Below, piece by piece: positions 59,641 to 64,000 of a stretch of DNA of 64,000 nucleotides. Made by a program: the position numbers and the translations under genes. The notes beneath the pieces were generated by a model. It was given only the letters and a program-made list of their open reading frames with translations, made no database searches and was not told where the DNA came from. The first letter of the stretch is position 1. Every line of letters begins with the position of its first letter. The DNA comes from a virus. The stretch is taken from IMG/VR virus record IMGVR_UViG_3300046171_000197; one strand, 5' to 3'.

Positions 59641-61006
59641 TTTCCATATTATTGGAACAGGTGCTTGTGGTTTTCTAAGATCATATCAAACTCTTAAGAA
59701 TCATGTACCATTAAAATATAAAGGTGGTAGAGGTAAATATCAAAATAGTTTTCAGAACTGGAATGATAATGGATTGATATGGGATATTGAATATATATCA
59801 AAAGAAGAGAGATTGAGAAGAGTCACTCAACATGATACAGTAACTAACATTACACACTCATACTTGAAGTATGTACCAGAATTTGTGGGATTAGATCCTA
59901 ATTTAAAATTTTTATGCTTGAAAGGAGATAAAGAACACTCAATAAAAAAACTAACTATCTCTTGGGGTTATCGTAATCCTTGTTTTGTTAAAGATAGAAG
60001 ACTAGGAACAGGATACAATCGTTATACTGTGGATGAGTTTCCAGACTATAGCGATTGTGATAGTGAGTTTGATGCGACAGAAAAGTATTGGGAAGAGTAT
60101 TATCAAATTGCAGATATCATGCAAGACAGTTACCCGTTTAACTTCTTTGTAGTTGATGCACCAAAATTTTTTAGTGATATAGAATATAGAACTGATGTAC
60201 TATCAAAGGTAGATGTTAATATTGGAGATGAACCACTTCTTCCTATAGACTTTAATAGTTTTAATATAACTACTTCTCTACATGGTGGATTGGGTAATAA
60301 TTTATTACAGATGGGAGAGATAATATCTTTTTGCAAAAAACATAATCTTACTGAACCATTCTTTGGAACTTGGGATTTATGGGATGGTGGTGGCAAGTAT
60401 CCTCCACCATATAATGCAGATAGACTTCTTGGTGGACATGAGGGTGATCATGATACAATTAGAAAAACATTTCCAAATTTAAATTGGAAGGGAGATCTAT
60501 CCACTGACTATGATACTACATTTGTTATAAATGATATGTTTAGATTCAGTGATTGTGATGAACTTGATTATGTAAGAAAGAAATTATCTATTACAGACAA
60601 GACAATGCCAAACACTGTCTCCTTGCATTTAAGATATTGTACTCAATCAGTTGATGATCATGTCAATGGATATGTTGATGATTCGTTTTATATTGAGTGC
60701 TTTAAACATATACCAGAAGGTGCACATGTTTATATTTTTTCTGATGATATTTCAAAATCAAGAGGTAAATTAAATTGGTTCCAAAAAAATTTCCCCCAAA
60801 AATTTTCATGTGTAGAGTCGGACTCTTTTCAAACTCTTAAAATGATGGTAGAATGTGAGTATCACATACTTCATGTATCTACGTTTAGTTTTTGGTCTGC
60901 ATTTCTAGACATAAATCAACCGAATAGTAAAGTATTTTATCCTAAGTCCTTTACAGATACACATAGTTCGTCTATGATACCTTATAAAGAGTGGCAAATG
61001 ATTTAA
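59633..61006 (+). CDS. Fusion of a sulfotransferase-like N-domain and a GT11-like C-domain
   Basis: IIGTGACG; GGLGNNLLQ, SLHLR, FSDD, STFSFWSAFL. Confidence 0.65.
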   Translation: MSSFHIIGTGACGFLRSYQTLKNHVPLKYKGGRGKYQNSFQNWNDNGLIWDIEYISKEERLRRVTQHDTVTNITHSYLKYVPEFVGLDPNLKFLCLKGDKEHSIKKLTISWGYRNPCFVKDRRLGTGYNRYTVDEFPDYSDCDSEFDATEKYWEEYYQIADIMQDSYPFNFFVVDAPKFFSDIEYRTDVLSKVDVNIGDEPLLPIDFNSFNITTSLHGGLGNNLLQMGEIISFCKKHNLTEPFFGTWDLWDGGGKYPPPYNADRLLGGHEGDHDTIRKTFPNLNWKGDLSTDYDTTFVINDMFRFSDCDELDYVRKKLSITDKTMPNTVSLHLRYCTQSVDDHVNGYVDDSFYIECFKHIPEGAHVYIFSDDISKSRGKLNWFQKNFPQKFSCVESDSFQTLKMMVECEYHILHVSTFSFWSAFLDINQPNSKVFYPKSFTDTHSSSMIPYKEWQMI

Positions 61007-61797
61007 TGGATAAAAATAAATCTACTTATAAATTAAAAAATATTGGTCCGATATATTATATCAATCTTGATGGTCAACCAGAGAGAAAGGAATATATGGA
61101 GAAGTTATTTGAGTATTGGGAAATTGATAATTATGAAAGAGTGTCTGGATATGATGGTCGTGATGATGATTTAAGTAGTATTCTAAAAGGTAGATATCCA
61201 GAGAACATGTCTTCTGGTGAAGTTGGTTGTACTACATCACACCTAAAAGCAATTAAACATTGGTATGAAACTTCTGATAGTCCTTATGCTGTTATCATGG
61301 AAGATGATATAGACTTGGATATTGTTAGGTGTTGGAACTTTACTTGGAGTAATTTTATAGCAAAGATGCCCTATGATTGGGATGTAATTCAACTTGCTAT
61401 TATATGCACTGGTGGACTACATGTTACATTACATCGTAGATTTGTCAATGATTTCTCAACTGCTTGCTATATTATTAATCGTCATCATGCAGAGAAACTC
61501 ATAAGTCTTCATGTGAGAGGAGATAAGTATAAACTTGATAATGGTGTGAAACCAAGAGCAGTGGCAGATGATTTAATATACAACTCAGGAAATACATATG
61601 CAGTTCCTATATTCTTATATAAAGTTCAATTAGGATCGTCTATACACCCAGAGCATGTAGATGCGATACACAAGGCAAGTTATAATGCATTGACGAACTG
61701 GTGGACTCAATCAGGTATAGATGTAGATATTGATAAGTTAATGAATTACGATCCATACTTAGGTCGTGTAACAGAACCTGTACAGAATCAACAATAA
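60991..61797 (+). CDS. GT25 glycosyltransferase
   Basis: YINLD...RK, GEVGCTTSH, IMEDD, TACYII. Confidence 0.88.
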   Translation: MANDLMDKNKSTYKLKNIGPIYYINLDGQPERKEYMEKLFEYWEIDNYERVSGYDGRDDDLSSILKGRYPENMSSGEVGCTTSHLKAIKHWYETSDSPYAVIMEDDIDLDIVRCWNFTWSNFIAKMPYDWDVIQLAIICTGGLHVTLHRRFVNDFSTACYIINRHHAEKLISLHVRGDKYKLDNGVKPRAVADDLIYNSGNTYAVPIFLYKVQLGSSIHPEHVDAIHKASYNALTNWWTQSGIDVDIDKLMNYDPYLGRVTEPVQNQQ

Positions 61798-61851
61798 TTA
61801 CCCCTTTTTTATAAAATATATGTAATTCCAGACATAGTTTTGTAAAGAAAT

Positions 61852-61880
61852 TTGACAAAAGTTTATATTTACTATATAAT
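61852..61880 (+). promoter_or_regulatory. Perfect-consensus sigma70 promoter of the hli array
   Basis: TTGACA-17 bp-TATAAT. Confidence 0.8.
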
Positions 61881-61907
61881 TATGTTACGTTTCTTAATAA
61901 AACTTAA

Positions 61908-62105
61908 ATGACTGTTACAACTGAGAGTGGTGGAAGACAAAATGCTTTCCCAACTGAAACTCGTCCTTACATAGATGAATCAGCATCATATGAAGGATAT
62001 CCACAAAATGCAGAAAAAGTTAATGGTCGTTGGGCTATGATCGGTTTCGTTGCACTACTAGGTGCATATGCAACAACAGGACAAATTATTCCTGGTATTT
62101 TCTAA
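61908..62105 (+). CDS. hli: High-light inducible protein with N-terminal extension
   Basis: AEKVNGRWAMIGF...TGQIIPGIF. Confidence 0.95.
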   Translation: MTVTTESGGRQNAFPTETRPYIDESASYEGYPQNAEKVNGRWAMIGFVALLGAYATTGQIIPGIF

Positions 62106-62230
62106 TGGACAAGAATCATTCTTATTGGAAATATGCTGAGAAGGTCAATGGTCGTCTAGCAATGCTAGGTCTAGTGATCGGCACAGTCAACTACGGTCTA
62201 TTCGGATGGATAGCACCAGGCATCTTTTAA
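62105..62230 (+). CDS. hli: High-light inducible protein
   Basis: AEKVNGRLAMLG...PGIF. Confidence 0.92.
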   Translation: MDKNHSYWKYAEKVNGRLAMLGLVIGTVNYGLFGWIAPGIF

Positions 62231-62283
62231 AGAAGATGAAATTCAATTCACAATTCACAATTAATTACAAAGAGGAAAAACTC

Positions 62284-62391
62284 ATGACTCCAGAAGCAGA
62301 AAGATTTAACGGTTGGGCAGCAATGCTTGGTTTCGTAGCAGCAGTAGGCGCATACGCAACAACAGGAAATATCATACCAGGTATATTCTAA
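62284..62391 (+). CDS. hli: High-light inducible protein
   Basis: MTPEAERFNGWAAMLGF...TGNIIPGIF; GAGG RBS. Confidence 0.95.
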   Translation: MTPEAERFNGWAAMLGFVAAVGAYATTGNIIPGIF

Positions 62392-62513
62392 TGACAGATA
62401 AAGATTCAAAGAAAGTTGCAGAGCAACTCAATGGTAGACTAGCAATGCTAGGCATCATCGCAGGTATCGGAGCATACTTAACAACAGGACAACTCATTCC
62501 AGGTTTTGTATAA
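62391..62513 (+). CDS. hli: High-light inducible protein
   Basis: AEQLNGRLAMLG...TGQLIPGFV. Confidence 0.93.
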   Translation: MTDKDSKKVAEQLNGRLAMLGIIAGIGAYLTTGQLIPGFV

Positions 62514-62601
62514 TGATCAAACGTTATCCAGTTCCATTTAAAGTTGTACCATACATTTTTATGGTAGCAGTAATTGCAAGCACAACTACTAGTGTGTTCA
62601 T

Positions 62602-62763
62602 ATGATTGCTGAAGCAACAGACATCTCACCCTTCATGGCAATACTCTGGTGTTTTTATCCAGTAGCATTCCTTGTAGGGTTAGAGTTGTTTTTAAGAGTA
62701 GATGATGATGACGATGACGATCCCGAAGGTGGAGTAATGACACCAGTATATCAAGGAGCATAA
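62602..62763 (+). CDS. Small membrane protein with acidic tail
   Basis: Read by eye: ILWCFYP TM followed by DDDDDDDPEGG. Confidence 0.55.
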   Translation: MIAEATDISPFMAILWCFYPVAFLVGLELFLRVDDDDDDDPEGGVMTPVYQGA

Positions 62764-62964
62764 TGATTTACACATTAACATTCGCATGTGCAGTAGCATT
62801 TACTGCAGTTAACGGACTACCGTTCGTATTTTCATAAACAAACGCTGAGGAGAACAAGCATAAATGACTCAATTTTTACTTAAGAACGCGGGATTTATGC
62901 CTGTGTTTGAATTTTTATTTTTTCTGACTGTAGGAGTTACAGCAGGATCTGCAGGATTATTAGG

Positions 62965-63270
62965 ATGACACAAAGAATTTTAGCATGGGTTATAGCATTC
63001 GCATTTCTATTTGGTGTAAGTCAAACAGCATATGCTATGGATAAAGAACCTGTTATCTGGGTACAAGTCCCACAATGGACAGATGACTGGGCAGTATGTG
63101 CAGTAGATATTCCAGACTCAGCATGTCATTGGTATGTTGCAGAAGCAGACAATACATTCGGAGAAGGATTTGACTGGGAAACAGCACCTTGGTTCGATGC
63201 AAATGGTTTAAATGACATAGCACCAATACAAAAACTAACAGTCGCACAGAAATTACAAGAGGTAGGATGA
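62965..63270 (+). CDS. Hypothetical secreted Trp-rich protein
   Basis: Signal-like N-terminus; VPQWTDDW, ACHWYV. Confidence 0.65.
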   Translation: MTQRILAWVIAFAFLFGVSQTAYAMDKEPVIWVQVPQWTDDWAVCAVDIPDSACHWYVAEADNTFGEGFDWETAPWFDANGLNDIAPIQKLTVAQKLQEVG

Positions 63271-63392
63271 ATCTACCTCAAATGTTTCAAACGTTCCTTC
63301 TCTTCTTTTCGGGAACGATAATAATGACAGGTGTTGTCTTTGTCATGATGTCTGCTATAATGGAAACATAAATACTTAAAAGTATTTTTGCA

Positions 63393-64000
63393 ATGGGAAA
63401 GTTTTCCAAAATATTTCATCACATAGAATCAAAAGACCTTAGAAATAAGTACGAGCAGAAGAAGGCCGCTAAGATACAGGAAGAAAAAAATAAAGAAGAT
63501 ACTAAGAAATATATTGCATCTGCGATGGAGCAGATCAAATATAACTGGAGATCAGATATTGATGTAGGAGAAGCAATTCGTGAGGGAATGACCACCTCTG
63601 ATGTTACTGTTTCAAAAGAAACAGATGCAGCACCAGGTGACGGTGAAGTGTCATCAACTGACCCAACAAATGCAGCAAGTTATACAGCAACAACTGGTAT
63701 TTTTGCACCTGGTGATGATTTAGGTGCAAATGTTGGTACTCAAATAAGAGCAAGTGGTTCTGGTTCGGGACAAGATGGTGGTTTTAATGTTGGAGGAAAT
63801 TATCTTGCATTTCAAGGAACAGGAACTGATGATTCAGCAAACTCTAGATTTGCTGTTCTAAGTGCAGTAGATTCTACAGACGTAGATACTCTTCAAATAA
63901 AAGCAATAGTTGGTAATGATTCAAATGGAGGAGAAGATCCTGATGAGAATGGAGAACAATTATATGTGATGTATAAAACACCTGCTATGGATCAAGCAAT
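63393..64000 (+). CDS. Probable virion structural protein, runs off the window end
   Basis: CATAAATA at 63367; frame open to the end (MGKFSKIFHH...YNWR...IREGMTT...GGEDPD). Confidence 0.7.
   Translation, partial: MGKFSKIFHHIESKDLRNKYEQKKAAKIQEEKNKEDTKKYIASAMEQIKYNWRSDIDVGEAIREGMTTSDVTVSKETDAAPGDGEVSSTDPTNAASYTATTGIFAPGDDLGANVGTQIRASGSGSGQDGGFNVGGNYLAFQGTGTDDSANSRFAVLSAVDSTDVDTLQIKAIVGNDSNGGEDPDENGEQLYVMYKTPAMDQA

Noticed and set aside
972-63247. Short antisense and alternate-frame ORFs in the track (e.g. 15657-, 15691+, 12584-, 25168-)
   Set aside because: They shadow well-supported genes, lack RBS or motifs and often coincide with GC-rich tracts.
1-64000. CRISPR array, tRNA or rRNA genes
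   Set aside because: I saw no regularly spaced repeat-spacer array and no cloverleaf with T-loop consensus; a tRNAscan-SE run would settle the tRNA question.

Overview
A 64 kb, AT-rich segment of a T4-like marine cyanomyovirus, most consistent with a Prochlorococcus phage of the P-SSM2 type. Order of modules: (1) replication and nucleotide metabolism (gp43, cytidylyltransferase, uvsX, gp41, mazG, gp61, nrdA, nrdB, GIY-YIG endonuclease), interrupted by probable virion-internal proteins; (2) small membrane-protein genes, PTOX, a fibre plus S8 protease pair, an SNase nuclease and a minus-strand operon of signal-peptide proteins; (3) a manA-type RNA motif ahead of talC and a structured leader ahead of a small porin-like gene; (4) a ~12 kb island of modular tail-fibre/adaptor paralogues; (5) a ~15 kb nucleotide-sugar/glycosyltransferase cluster containing nadE; (6) four tandem hli genes and the start of a structural gene. 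About 15 single-base indels, mostly +1, break even essential genes and are best read as sequencing errors. The most unusual signals are GC-rich, nucleotide-identical cassettes at the conserved/variable junction of three fibre paralogues, a repeated N-terminal plug / C-terminal socket fibre architecture, T4-type capsid-targeting sequences (one on a NadD/CoaD-like enzyme, with nadE elsewhere in the window), and an uncharacterised secreted-protein operon. All calls come from motif recognition by eye; no searches were run.
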